Positions 11,861-21,254 of a stretch of 64,000 nt of DNA are shown here, one piece after another; the first letter of the stretch is position 1; the number at the start of each line of letters is the position of its first letter. This stretch comes from Dehalococcoidia bacterium (GTDB taxonomy: Bacteria > Chloroflexota > Dehalococcoidia > E44-bin15). Under the pieces are notes generated by a model, which saw only the letters and a program-made list of their open reading frames with translations, was not told the origin of the DNA and made no database searches. Position numbers and translations under genes: made by a program. The stretch spans positions 281,197 through 345,196 of the forward strand of contig JBAZMV010000001.1 of assembly GCA_041649635.1 (NCBI GenBank), read 5' to 3'.

Positions 11861-13039
11861 TCACTGCGTCTTCTCTCCGGAAATCAATCCTCCGATGATT
11901 CCCTCGTAGAGCCTCGCTATTTCATCCCAAGAAGCATGCTCCGAACGATAACTTAGTTCCTTGCCTGATACGAAAGCCTGATATACAGTCTCAATACTTT
12001 CCCTTATGGCATTGGAATCACCGGGCTTAACAAATATCGTACCAGGGTAATCCCCCATATATTCTCTTAACGCCGGCACATCCGACAGGACAATAGGTTT
12101 GCCATAGGTCAAAGCAATATGAGCTACGGCACTGCCGGAGGCTCTCAAATATGGCAAGGCTATTACATCCGAGGCGGAAAAATATTTGGGTATCATTGAA
12201 TCCGGAACATATTCTGACACAAGCATGATCCGGCTCTTGTAGGGGGATTCATCCACGATCTTCCGCAGCAACTCGCCGTCCTCCCAAACCTCCCCTACAA
12301 TAAGCAGTCGCATCCGCGAGGCTATTGAACCCGGCAAACTATTGAACGCTTCAATTAAATACGGAACGCCCTTGTAGCGTCTCACCAGGCCAAAATACAA
12401 AATTACGAAATCCGCGTCGATGCCCAACTCTTTTTTAGCTGACGATTGATCCACTGTATGGAAGTACTCTTGATATAAACCCATCGGCAGCACATGAACC
12501 CTTCGTTCGTTGATACGATATATATCAACGATCCGCTCCTTGTCGATTTGAGAGAAGGTCACATAGGCATCGAGTCCGCGTACAAACAGTCGACCCATCA
12601 CTCTGGAATAAATCCTAAGAGGCCATATTCTCTCCTCCAATACATCAACCACTTCATGCATTTCCACTATGATTTTGGCTTTGATACCCAGTTTGTTGAC
12701 CCATTTCAAGAATAGCTGCATATGAGCTACTGAAGACGTCCACCACATGATTACTATCACATCCGGGCGACGCCGTTTAAGGAACCTGTAAGCACCGAAC
12801 CAGCTTAGAGGGGAGTTGTAATCCATGCCGTCGTATACATCTACGCCTGATGTTAAATCAACATAATACTGATCTTTGCCAACATGCTCCCGTCCCGGGA
12901 ACAAGAATCTGGGCAACAAGTTGCGCAGCAATACCGCGGAGACCTGATTGCGCTTTGCTAACGCGTTGGCAAAAAAGATCGTGTGGGCAGTGATTCCGCT
13001 GAAGAAACGTTTGGAGGGACCGACCACACAGATTTTCAT
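11861..13039 (-). CDS. Glycosyltransferase family 4
   Basis: N-terminal MKICVVGPS, a mid block LYFGLVRRYKGVPYLIEAF and a C-terminal nucleotide-sugar-binding region. Confidence 0.7.
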   Translation of the reverse strand: MKICVVGPSKRFFSGITAHTIFFANALAKRNQVSAVLLRNLLPRFLFPGREHVGKDQYYVDLTSGVDVYDGMDYNSPLSWFGAYRFLKRRRPDVIVIMWWTSSVAHMQLFLKWVNKLGIKAKIIVEMHEVVDVLEERIWPLRIYSRVMGRLFVRGLDAYVTFSQIDKERIVDIYRINERRVHVLPMGLYQEYFHTVDQSSAKKELGIDADFVILYFGLVRRYKGVPYLIEAFNSLPGSIASRMRLLIVGEVWEDGELLRKIVDESPYKSRIMLVSEYVPDSMIPKYFSASDVIALPYLRASGSAVAHIALTYGKPIVLSDVPALREYMGDYPGTIFVKPGDSNAIRESIETVYQAFVSGKELSYRSEHASWDEIARLYEGIIGGLISGEKTQ

Positions 13040-13083
13040 ATCAACTTTGCTTTACATCTTCACCCGTAGCACGACGGGACTAC

Positions 13084-13770
13084 TCACGAACTGCCAAACC
13101 TTTTCCTCAGTAAAGTGCGTCCGATCCGGAAACCGGCCTTTACCGATCCCAGCTTGCTGGCGGTGGGCCTTCTTCTATACCCGATGGGCACGGTTCCAAT
13201 GCGGTAGCCGCGCTTTGCCACCTGCGCCAGCATGTTCGCCTCAAGGTCGAATCCGGCGGCATCGATGATCATATTCTTTATCACTTCGCGGCGGAAGCCC
13301 CAGAAGCCGGTGCAGAGATCGCTTATCCGCTTCATATAGAGCACGCTGGCCATGAACGAGAGAAGATAGTTTCCCACCAGGTTTAGCCTCTTTATGGAAC
13401 CGGGATCCCTTTTCCCCTTCAGGCGGGAGCCCATCACCACATCGCAACCGCCCTCCAGCAGCTTCAGCATCTGAGTGATATGCACGGATGGATAGGTGTA
13501 GTCGGCGTCGAGCATGAAAATGAAATCCGCATCCGCCTGCTCGAATGCGGTGCGGATAGCCCGGCCTTTCCCGCGTTTTGGCTCGCTTATGACGCGGGCG
13601 CCTTTCGCCGCGGCGAGCTCGGCCGTCCTGTCCGTGCTGGCGTTATCGACGACCACGATTTCGACGCTGTAGCCCATGGCGACTATATCGGCGACGGGCA
13701 CCTCGTCGATGACCTTGCCTATGGTTTCCTCTTCGTTGAGGGCCGGGAAGACCACCGATACCTTCTTCAC
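13084..13770 (-). CDS. Glycosyltransferase family 2 (dolichyl/polyprenyl-phosphate sugar transferase, DPM1-like)
   Basis: VSVVFPALNEEETIGKVIDE and DADYTYP (DxD) are typical of DPM1/GtrB-like GT2. This is the first GC-rich gene after the low-GC cluster. Confidence 0.75.
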   Translation of the reverse strand: MKKVSVVFPALNEEETIGKVIDEVPVADIVAMGYSVEIVVVDNASTDRTAELAAAKGARVISEPKRGKGRAIRTAFEQADADFIFMLDADYTYPSVHITQMLKLLEGGCDVVMGSRLKGKRDPGSIKRLNLVGNYLLSFMASVLYMKRISDLCTGFWGFRREVIKNMIIDAAGFDLEANMLAQVAKRGYRIGTVPIGYRRRPTASKLGSVKAGFRIGRTLLRKRFGSS

Positions 13771-13799
13771 AACACCTCGCTTTTTAAATCGACTTAAAC

Positions 13800-15092
13800 T
13801 TAACCAAGTTTTAGTCTGGCGAATATCTCATCTACATGACGTGTGTAGTATTTATAGTCAAATATACCCGTCAATTCCTTCTTCGACAAGTATTTGGCAC
13901 ACTCCTTGTCTTTCGCAAGGAGATCGAAAAAGCTGACCTCATCCTTCCACGATTTCATAGCGTTGCGCTGCACGATGCCGTAAGCGGCCTGGCGGCTGAG
14001 ACCTTTGTCGATCAGGGCCAGCATAACCCGCTGAGAGAAAACCAGGCCTCGTGTTCGCTCAAGATTGCGTTTCATGTGCTCGGGATAGACGCGCATGTCC
14101 CTGGCGATATATTTGAAAAGGTGAAACTGGTAATTTAGCACCAGGCAGGAGTCGGGAAGAGTGATACGCTCATTGGAGGAATGGCTGATGTCCCGCTCGT
14201 GCCACAGCGCCACGTTCTCCATGGCGGTGATGGAGTGGCCGCGGACGAGCCGCGCCAGCCCGCAGATGCGCTCGCACAGCTCCGGGTTGCGCTTGTGCGG
14301 CATGGCGGATGACCCCGTCTGCCCCTCCTCGAAAGGCTCCTCGACCTCCAGCGCCTCCGTCTTCTGCAAGCCTCTTATCTCGAAGGCGAACTTCTCCAGC
14401 GAGCTCGCGATTATAGCCAGCGTGGTAACGAACTGCGCGTGGCGGTCGCGCTGCAGCACCTGGTTCGATATCGGCGCGGGCTCCAGCCCCAGCTTGGCGC
14501 AGGCGATGCGCTCAACCTCGGGCGTTACCGTGGCGTAGGTGCCTACCGCGCCGGATATCTTGCCGACGGCTATCATCTTCCGCGCCTCGGCGAGCCTCTT
14601 CTCGTTGCGCTTCATCTCCTCGACCCACAGCGCCAGCTTTAGCCCGAACGTGGTCGGCTCGGCGTGGACGCCGTGCGTGCGCCCGATCATTATCGTATAT
14701 TTGTGAGCCACCGCCTGCTTCTTCAGGATTGTGATTATCTCCCTGATATCCCTGGCCAGGATGCCGCCAGCCTCCACTAACTGCAGGCTCAGCGCCGTGT
14801 CCATGATGTCGGACGAGGTCAGCCCGAAATGGATGTAGCGGCTCTCCTCGCCCAGGCTCGCGGAAACCGTGCTCAGGAAGGCGGTGACATCATGGTGCGT
14901 CTTCTTCAGCGTCCGCGCGTACAGTTTGGCGTCGAAACGGGCCTTCTTTATCTTCGGTATGGCGCTCTTGGGGATAACGCCAAGTTCGGCCCAGGCCTCG
15001 CATACCGCGATCTCCACCTGAAGCCATTTTTCGAATTTGGATTTATCGGTCCAAACCTTTTTCATCCTCGGCCGTGAATATCGTGCAATCAT
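13800..15092 (-). CDS. purB: Adenylosuccinate lyase
   Basis: Fumarate lyase family blocks TSSDIMDTA and GSSAMPHKRNP. Conserved PurB N-terminus MIARYSRPxMxxVW. Confidence 0.9.
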   Translation of the reverse strand: MIARYSRPRMKKVWTDKSKFEKWLQVEIAVCEAWAELGVIPKSAIPKIKKARFDAKLYARTLKKTHHDVTAFLSTVSASLGEESRYIHFGLTSSDIMDTALSLQLVEAGGILARDIREIITILKKQAVAHKYTIMIGRTHGVHAEPTTFGLKLALWVEEMKRNEKRLAEARKMIAVGKISGAVGTYATVTPEVERIACAKLGLEPAPISNQVLQRDRHAQFVTTLAIIASSLEKFAFEIRGLQKTEALEVEEPFEEGQTGSSAMPHKRNPELCERICGLARLVRGHSITAMENVALWHERDISHSSNERITLPDSCLVLNYQFHLFKYIARDMRVYPEHMKRNLERTRGLVFSQRVMLALIDKGLSRQAAYGIVQRNAMKSWKDEVSFFDLLAKDKECAKYLSKKELTGIFDYKYYTRHVDEIFARLKLG

Positions 15093-15128
15093 CGCATTCC
15101 TTTTCCTGACTCGATATCGTGTTCGAGC

Positions 15129-15587
15129 CTATTTCGACCCTTCAGCCAGCTTCTTGCGGTACTTCTTATACGCAGCCCTTACCTTCGCATCCTTTAACGA
15201 TATGATCGCGGCGGCCAGAAGGGCGGCGTTCTTGGCCCCGTCGATGGCCACACAGGCCACCGGTATGCCGCCGGGCATCTGAACGACCGCGTACAGCGCG
15301 TCCACGCCGCTTAATTTGCTCGTCGCCAGCGGGACGCCGACCACGGGCAGGGTGGTCCAGCTGGCTATGACCCCGGGGAGGTGGGCCGCGCCACCGGCCC
15401 CGGCGATTATCACATCGACGCCGCGCCCCTCGGCCTTCATACCGTACTCGCGTGCTTTATCCGGCGTCCGGTGCGCGGATATTATCGACACCTCGTATTC
15501 AATGCCGAGCTGTTTCAATATATCCAGCGCCGGCTGCATCAGCGGCTCATCCGTCTTGCTGCCCATTATCACACCGACTAACGACAT
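15129..15587 (-). CDS. purE: 5-(carboxyamino)imidazole ribonucleotide mutase
   Basis: VGVIMGSKTDEP, SAHRTP and GAGGAAHLPG blocks. The internal Met at 15587 is chosen as the start because the track start at 15707 would overlap the upstream gene by ~100 nt. Confidence 0.85.
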   Translation of the reverse strand: MSLVGVIMGSKTDEPLMQPALDILKQLGIEYEVSIISAHRTPDKAREYGMKAEGRGVDVIIAGAGGAAHLPGVIASWTTLPVVGVPLATSKLSGVDALYAVVQMPGGIPVACVAIDGAKNAALLAAAIISLKDAKVRAAYKKYRKKLAEGSK

Positions 15588-15610
15588 GTCGAACCCCCCT
15601 GTAATATAAA

Positions 15611-16693
15611 TCACGAATAAACGGGGCTGCTCCCCAGCAGAGCCCTGCACCCCAGACTCCAGAAACGGTCGCTCTTCTTTATCATGGTATAACACAAACG
15701 CGGACATCCGGTATATATCTTCAACAGCATACGGCCGAGCTCCAGGCCCGGCATCAGTTCGGCATCCACCGCTTTCTGATAGCCCCTCAGGTCGATTTTA
15801 CCCGATTGCAATGCCGAGACGATAACAGGCGCCGCCAGCTTGGCGCTTTTGATCGCATAGAATATGCCTTCGCCGCTCAAAGGATGTATCAGCCCCGCGG
15901 CATCCCCGACGAGAAGCACGTTTTCTCTCTGTATCGAACTGCCCCTGCGGCGCATCGGCATCACGTGGCCGCTGAAATCAACTATATCGTACTCACCGAA
16001 CTGCTGCAGGATGCGGTCCAGGTAAGGCTTGAAGATGCCCGATAACCGGGCCGGTCCGGTAACCCCGGCGGAGACGTGGCTCTTCTTGGGAAAAACCCAC
16101 CCGTAACCGCCCGGTATCCGGCCGAAATCGACGCAGATGAAAGAACCCAGCGCATCGAGCTTATCCTGATCAATTGAGACCTCGGCCTCAAGCGCCAGTT
16201 CCCGCTGCGCATCCCTCATCAAATCCATTTTCGCGGCGACAACGCTGTTCGCGCCGTCCGCGCCCACGGCTATCTTTGCAAAATACGAGCCTTGCTTCGT
16301 GACAACTCCGACGCGTCCGGAGGAGACAGATACGTTTTCCACCCGCGTTCCGTCGATAACGGCCGCGCCCGCATCCCGAGCCTTGCTGACGAGCAAATGA
16401 TCGAAATCGCGGCGCATGACCAGATGCGCCAGTGGATCGCGGTATTTCTTCACGCAGAAATCGCCGAGTTGATAAGAGATCTTCATGCCGTAGGCCACCC
16501 GCTGCGTAACGGCGCCTATATCGAAATCGAGCAGGGCGTGGGCGCGGAAGGTCACGCCGCCAGCACAGGTCTTATTGCGCGGCAGCTTCTCTTTTTCGAT
16601 TATCAGAACCGAGATACCGCGGCGCGCCATCTCATAGCCCAGCGTTGAACCGGCGGGCCCGGCGCCGACGATGACCACGTCGTAAGCGTTCAC
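15611..16693 (-). CDS. Geranylgeranyl reductase family FAD-dependent oxidoreductase
   Basis: N-terminal FAD fold YDVVIVGAGPAGS, a CAGGV block and a GDAAG flavin motif. Confidence 0.75.
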   Translation of the reverse strand: MNAYDVVIVGAGPAGSTLGYEMARRGISVLIIEKEKLPRNKTCAGGVTFRAHALLDFDIGAVTQRVAYGMKISYQLGDFCVKKYRDPLAHLVMRRDFDHLLVSKARDAGAAVIDGTRVENVSVSSGRVGVVTKQGSYFAKIAVGADGANSVVAAKMDLMRDAQRELALEAEVSIDQDKLDALGSFICVDFGRIPGGYGWVFPKKSHVSAGVTGPARLSGIFKPYLDRILQQFGEYDIVDFSGHVMPMRRRGSSIQRENVLLVGDAAGLIHPLSGEGIFYAIKSAKLAAPVIVSALQSGKIDLRGYQKAVDAELMPGLELGRMLLKIYTGCPRLCYTMIKKSDRFWSLGCRALLGSSPVYS

Positions 16694-17958
16694 CCTGTGA
16701 CCTCTCTCAAAGCGATGTCGCGGCGGTAGTGGCAGCCGTCGAAACTTATTCTAGAAATATTATGATAGACCCTGTCCCGCGCCTCGGCGATGTTCCTGCC
16801 TAAAGCCGTTACGGTCAGCACGCGCCCACCGTCAGTACATATCTCGTCGTCCTTAAATTTGGTGCCCGCGTGAAAAATCATGACGTCATCGTCGACCTCA
16901 TCCAATCCGGATATCGGGAATCCGGTAGCATACTTTCCGGGATAACCTCCCGAGGCCAGGATTACGCCGACACAGGCCTCATCACGCCATCGTATGTCGA
17001 CGTCCTTTAAATTGCCGTCAACAACGGCCAGCATGATATCCACCAGGTCGCTGTCCAGCCGCGGCAGCATGGCCTGCGTCTCCGGATCGCCGAAGCGGCA
17101 GTTGAACTCCATCACCCTGGGCCCGTCCGCGGTGACCATCAGTCCGGCATAAAGAACGCCCTTATATGGATATCCCTCACTAGACATAGCTTTGACTGTA
17201 GGTTCGAGGATTGTCTTTTTTACCTTCGCGACCATATCCGGGCCGAAAAATCCCGGCGGGCTGTAGCTGCCCATGCCGCCCGTGTTAAGGCCGGTATCGC
17301 CGTCGCCTACGCGCTTGTAATCGCAGGCCGGCACCATAGGAACGACTGACACACCGTCAGTGAAGGCCAGCAGGCTCACTTCTTTCCCCACAAGACATTC
17401 TTCGATAATAACGCTGTCACCTGCGTCTCCAAAGGCGCGTTTCTCCATGATATCCGACACGGCCGACAGAGCCTCATCGGTTGTATTAGCGATGATAACG
17501 CCCTTGCCCGCGGCCAGACCGTCGGCCTTTAGCACGATAGGGCAGGGCTGTTTCTTTACATAACTCTTAGCCGCTTCGAACGACGTGAAGCTCTCGCTCT
17601 TCGCGCAGGGGATTCCGTACTTCTGCATCAATTCCTTGGAGAAGACCTTGCTGGCCTCTATCCGCGCCGCCGCCCTGGACGGCCCGAACACGCGCAGTCC
17701 GCGGCTCTCGAATAAATCTACGATGCCATACGCCAGCGGTACCTCCGGCCCGACCACGGTAAGGTCTATCTTATGTTCCTGCGCGGCCGCGGCTAGAGCG
17801 GCTATATCCGTCGGCTTGATATTCAATATCGAGGCGTTCACGGCGATGCCGGCATTGCCCGGCGCCGCGTATATCTCTGAAACCCTCGAACTGCGGCTCA
17901 GCTTCCACACCAGGGCATGTTCACGGGCCCCGTTGCCGACGACCAATACCTTCAGCAA
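16690..17958 (-). CDS. purD: Phosphoribosylamine--glycine ligase
   Basis: MLKVLVVGNGAREHA N-terminus and the ATP-grasp domain. Confidence 0.9.
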   Translation of the reverse strand: MLKVLVVGNGAREHALVWKLSRSSRVSEIYAAPGNAGIAVNASILNIKPTDIAALAAAAQEHKIDLTVVGPEVPLAYGIVDLFESRGLRVFGPSRAAARIEASKVFSKELMQKYGIPCAKSESFTSFEAAKSYVKKQPCPIVLKADGLAAGKGVIIANTTDEALSAVSDIMEKRAFGDAGDSVIIEECLVGKEVSLLAFTDGVSVVPMVPACDYKRVGDGDTGLNTGGMGSYSPPGFFGPDMVAKVKKTILEPTVKAMSSEGYPYKGVLYAGLMVTADGPRVMEFNCRFGDPETQAMLPRLDSDLVDIMLAVVDGNLKDVDIRWRDEACVGVILASGGYPGKYATGFPISGLDEVDDDVMIFHAGTKFKDDEICTDGGRVLTVTALGRNIAEARDRVYHNISRISFDGCHYRRDIALREVTG

Positions 17959-18135
17959 AGACTTACTCCGTTTCTATTTGTCATCATCACGAACGCCGTC
18001 CGCCGTTCCTCGATGAAAGTAAATACTTGCAGGATGTGTGCCAGCAGCCTCATCATCCACCTCCGCTCATAGATAATCGTCTCTTGATATCAGAACCGAC
18101 AAAGACGATATAGAAAGACTCAAAAGCGACGGGAG

Positions 18136-18390
18136 CTATATCCCCTCTTTTTTAAACATCTCGGCCTGCAGCGGATCCAGTTTCTGTATGAGCTTTGTGA
18201 GCTCGGCGACGTGCTCCTTCTCTTCATCACGGATGTGGGATAAAACCTTTATCGCGTTTTCGTCGGCAAGGGTATCGATATGCTCCTGATACTGATTGAT
18301 GGCCTGAAGCTCCCCGATCAGATCCTCGCGAAGCATCTCCAGGTCTATCTCGATGGGATTTTCCTCTTCATATTCAGATTCAAAACTCAT
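18136..18390 (-). CDS. Encapsulated-ferritin-like (EncFtn/Flp-type) mini-ferritin, orphan
   Basis: 84-aa acidic protein. LQAINQYQEHID...LSHIRDEEKEHVAELTKLIQKLDP parallels the EncFtn metal-site blocks (ExxH) of Rhodospirillum EncFtn (recalled). Confidence 0.5.
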   Translation of the reverse strand: MSFESEYEEENPIEIDLEMLREDLIGELQAINQYQEHIDTLADENAIKVLSHIRDEEKEHVAELTKLIQKLDPLQAEMFKKEGI

Positions 18391-18410
18391 ATCTTACGTC
18401 TCCTTAAACA

Positions 18411-20072
18411 TTATTCCCATTCAATAGTCGCGGGCGGCTTGGAAGAGATATCATAGACCACGCGGTTCACCTCAGGCACCTCGTTAACGATACGATTGGA
18501 TATCTGCGCCAGCAGGTCGTAAGGCAATCTGGCCCAGTCCGCGGTCATGGCGTCGTTCGATGTCACGGCGCGAATGGCGATAAGGTATCCATACGTACGG
18601 AAATCGCCCATAACGCCTACGCTTCTTGTATCGGTAAGCACGGCGAAACTCTGCCACAATTGATCGTAGAGTTTGGCCTTCTTTATCTCGTCCATCACTA
18701 TCCAGTCGCAGGAGCGCAGTATCTCCAGCTTCTCGCGGGTCACTTCGCCGATGATCCTGATGGACAGACCCGGGCCGGGGAACGGCTGTCTCCAGACCAT
18801 TTCCTGCGGCAATCCGAGCGCGGCCCCCACCTCCCTGACCTCATCCTTGAACAGATAGCGCAGCGGCTCCACCAGTGTCATAGTCATCTTAGAAGGAAGT
18901 CCGCCTACATTATGATGCGTCTTTATTTTTACCGCGGCCCTGTTCTCTGAAGTGACGCTCTCAATGACATCGGGATAAAGGGTGCCCTGGGCCAGATAAT
19001 CGACTTTACCCAGCTTAGCCGCCTCTTCCTCGAACACATGGATAAATTCTTCACCGACCGCCTTGCGCTTCTGCTCGGGATCGATCACGTCTTTGAGCCG
19101 CCCCAGAAACCTGTCTGTGGCATCTATATAAACGATGTTCATCTTAAGATTGCGTCGGAAGGTATTGAGTATACGCTCGGCCTCATCCCGGCGCAGCAAT
19201 CCGTTATTCACAAATATGCAGGTCAGTTGATCGCCCACCGCGCGGTGTATCAGCGCCGCCGTCACCGCCGAGTCAACGCCCCCCGACAGGGCGCATATGA
19301 CCCTGCCACCCCCAACCTGGCTTTTTATACGCTCCACGCTCTCGGATATGAAGCTGCCGGGAGTCCAGTTGCCGCTGCAGCCGCAAATTTTATAAAGGAA
19401 GTTCTGCAGGATGTCCTTGCCGTTAGGCGTATGGGCCACCTCGGGATGGAACTGAAGGCCGATAACACCTTTATCGTTACCCATGGCGGCAACAGGTGAG
19501 TTTTCGGTATAACCCAGCGCGCTGAATCCGGGAGGGATCTCGGTTATCTCGTCTCCATGGCTCATCCAGACGGTCATGGACTGCGGCAATCCGTCGAAAA
19601 TAGGTGATTTTATCGCGGACTGATGCAGGACCGAGTGCCCGTACTCGCGCTTGATCCCGGGCACAACCTTCCCCCCCAGTTGACGCGTAAGAACCTGCAT
19701 GCCGTAGCAGATTCCCAGAATAGGGAGGTGGCTCTCATAGACATGGGCGGGGGCCAATGGAGCGTTATCGGCATATACGCTGGAGGGGCCTCCGGATAAG
19801 ACCAATCCACGCGGTTTCAACGCAGCGATCTTTTCCCACGGGGAATCGTAGGGCATCAGCTCGCTATAGACATGGCACTCACGGATCCTTCTGGCGATGA
19901 GCAAGCTGTACTGCGAACCGAAGTCGAGGACCACCACCGCCTCCCGCTCAGCCCTCGGGGCATTGCCCTCAACAGGAGCCTCGCCAGCCTTCTGCTTAGC
20001 GATCTCTAAATACGCGGAAACTTCCAGGTCGTCACTAGTTCTTACCCGGAAGCTATCTTCTCTTCGATCCAT
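18411..20072 (-). CDS. guaA: GMP synthase (glutamine-hydrolysing)
   Basis: GATase [10 protein letters not shown], a PP-loop SGGVDS and the C-terminal dimerisation domain. The start is uncertain; the track ORF extends to 20174, which would overlap divergent tsaC. Confidence 0.85.
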   Translation of the reverse strand: MDRREDSFRVRTSDDLEVSAYLEIAKQKAGEAPVEGNAPRAEREAVVVLDFGSQYSLLIARRIRECHVYSELMPYDSPWEKIAALKPRGLVLSGGPSSVYADNAPLAPAHVYESHLPILGICYGMQVLTRQLGGKVVPGIKREYGHSVLHQSAIKSPIFDGLPQSMTVWMSHGDEITEIPPGFSALGYTENSPVAAMGNDKGVIGLQFHPEVAHTPNGKDILQNFLYKICGCSGNWTPGSFISESVERIKSQVGGGRVICALSGGVDSAVTAALIHRAVGDQLTCIFVNNGLLRRDEAERILNTFRRNLKMNIVYIDATDRFLGRLKDVIDPEQKRKAVGEEFIHVFEEEAAKLGKVDYLAQGTLYPDVIESVTSENRAAVKIKTHHNVGGLPSKMTMTLVEPLRYLFKDEVREVGAALGLPQEMVWRQPFPGPGLSIRIIGEVTREKLEILRSCDWIVMDEIKKAKLYDQLWQSFAVLTDTRSVGVMGDFRTYGYLIAIRAVTSNDAMTADWARLPYDLLAQISNRIVNEVPEVNRVVYDISSKPPATIEWE

Positions 20073-20124
20073 CGCCAGCAGTTTCCTCGACCACAGCTTA
20101 TCATTATGATATACTTGCGTCAAG

Positions 20125-20733
20125 ATGGAGAAGCTGGTTGAAAGGGCGGTCAAAATCCTGAAAAATGGCGGCATCGTCGCTTTCCCAACAGATACGGTTT
20201 ACGGGCTGGGCGCCAACGCCTTCAACGAGGATGCGGTGCTCAGGGTATACGAAGCCAAGGCCAGGCCGCGGGAATTCGCGCTGACGCTTCTGCTGGCTGA
20301 TATATCGCAGATAAAGATCGTAGCCGAGAACGTGCCGAAAATAGCGTGGAAACTGGCGGAGCGATTCATGCCCGGCGCGCTGACCATTGTGCTGCAGAAA
20401 TCAATGGCGGTATCTAACATGATCACGGGAGACGGCGATACGGTAGCGGTCAGGGTGCCGGACCACCCGGTGCCGGTAGCCATTGTCAGGGGGCTTGGCG
20501 CGCCCATTACCGGGACCAGCGCCAACAGGAGCGGGTCTCCCAGCCCGGTGACGGCAGAGGAAGTATATAAGCAACTAAGAAACAAAGTGGATCTCATAGT
20601 CGATGGAGGGAAGTGTCCCTTAGGCGTTTCTTCCACAGTTATCGACCTGACTATCGATCCTCCGAAGATCATAAGATATGGCACTATCACCAGAGAGCAG
20701 ATCATAAACGTCTGCAAATGCCGTATAGAATAA
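20125..20733 (+). CDS. tsaC: L-threonylcarbamoyladenylate synthase (YrdC/Sua5 family)
   Basis: [19 protein letters not shown] and ARP blocks. Confidence 0.8.
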   Translation: MEKLVERAVKILKNGGIVAFPTDTVYGLGANAFNEDAVLRVYEAKARPREFALTLLLADISQIKIVAENVPKIAWKLAERFMPGALTIVLQKSMAVSNMITGDGDTVAVRVPDHPVPVAIVRGLGAPITGTSANRSGSPSPVTAEEVYKQLRNKVDLIVDGGKCPLGVSSTVIDLTIDPPKIIRYGTITREQIINVCKCRIE

Positions 20734-20743
20734 AGGAGGTCTA

Positions 20744-21169
20744 ATGCGCATCGCTATTGGCTGCGATCACAGGGGACTGAACCTGAAACAAGCGATTATC
20801 AGATCGCTTTCCGAGGCCGGTCACCAATTCGAGGATGCCGGCACCAACGATACCGCGTCGGTGGATTATCCTGACATAGCAATAAAGGTAGGGAGAGCGG
20901 TAGCGTCCGGCAAGGCAGAATATGGCATTCTGATCTGCGGCACCGGCATAGGTATGTGCATCGCGGCTAACAAGATAAAGGGCATACGCGCCGCCAACTG
21001 CAGCGATACCTTTTGCGCCGTCCGCGGCCGGGCCCACAACAACGCCAATGTGCTCTGTCTTGGCGGAGACATACTGGCGGAGGTACTGGCGCTGGAGATA
21101 GTTAATACATTTATCTCTACGGAATTCCTTGGAGGGAGGCACCAGCGCCGACTGGACAAAATGGAATAG
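20744..21169 (+). CDS. rpiB: Ribose-5-phosphate isomerase B
   Basis: MRIAIGCDHRG and ILICGTGIGMCIAANK blocks. Confidence 0.85.
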   Translation: MRIAIGCDHRGLNLKQAIIRSLSEAGHQFEDAGTNDTASVDYPDIAIKVGRAVASGKAEYGILICGTGIGMCIAANKIKGIRAANCSDTFCAVRGRAHNNANVLCLGGDILAEVLALEIVNTFISTEFLGGRHQRRLDKME

Positions 21170-21254
21170 CGCAACGCGAATCGATTCGTTGACAGCGCCC
21201 GGCGCTAATTGCTAATATGAAAACTGATATTACTAAACATAAAGAGAGAACGCG

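Noticed and set aside
18136-20174. An encapsulin nanocompartment operon around the EncFtn-like gene
   Set aside because: No HK97-fold shell-protein-sized ORF is adjacent. The neighbours are purD and guaA.
20073-20174. guaA start at 20174 as in the ORF track
   Set aside because: It would overlap the divergent tsaC start at 20125. The internal Met at 20072 is more plausible, though an N-terminal extension remains possible.
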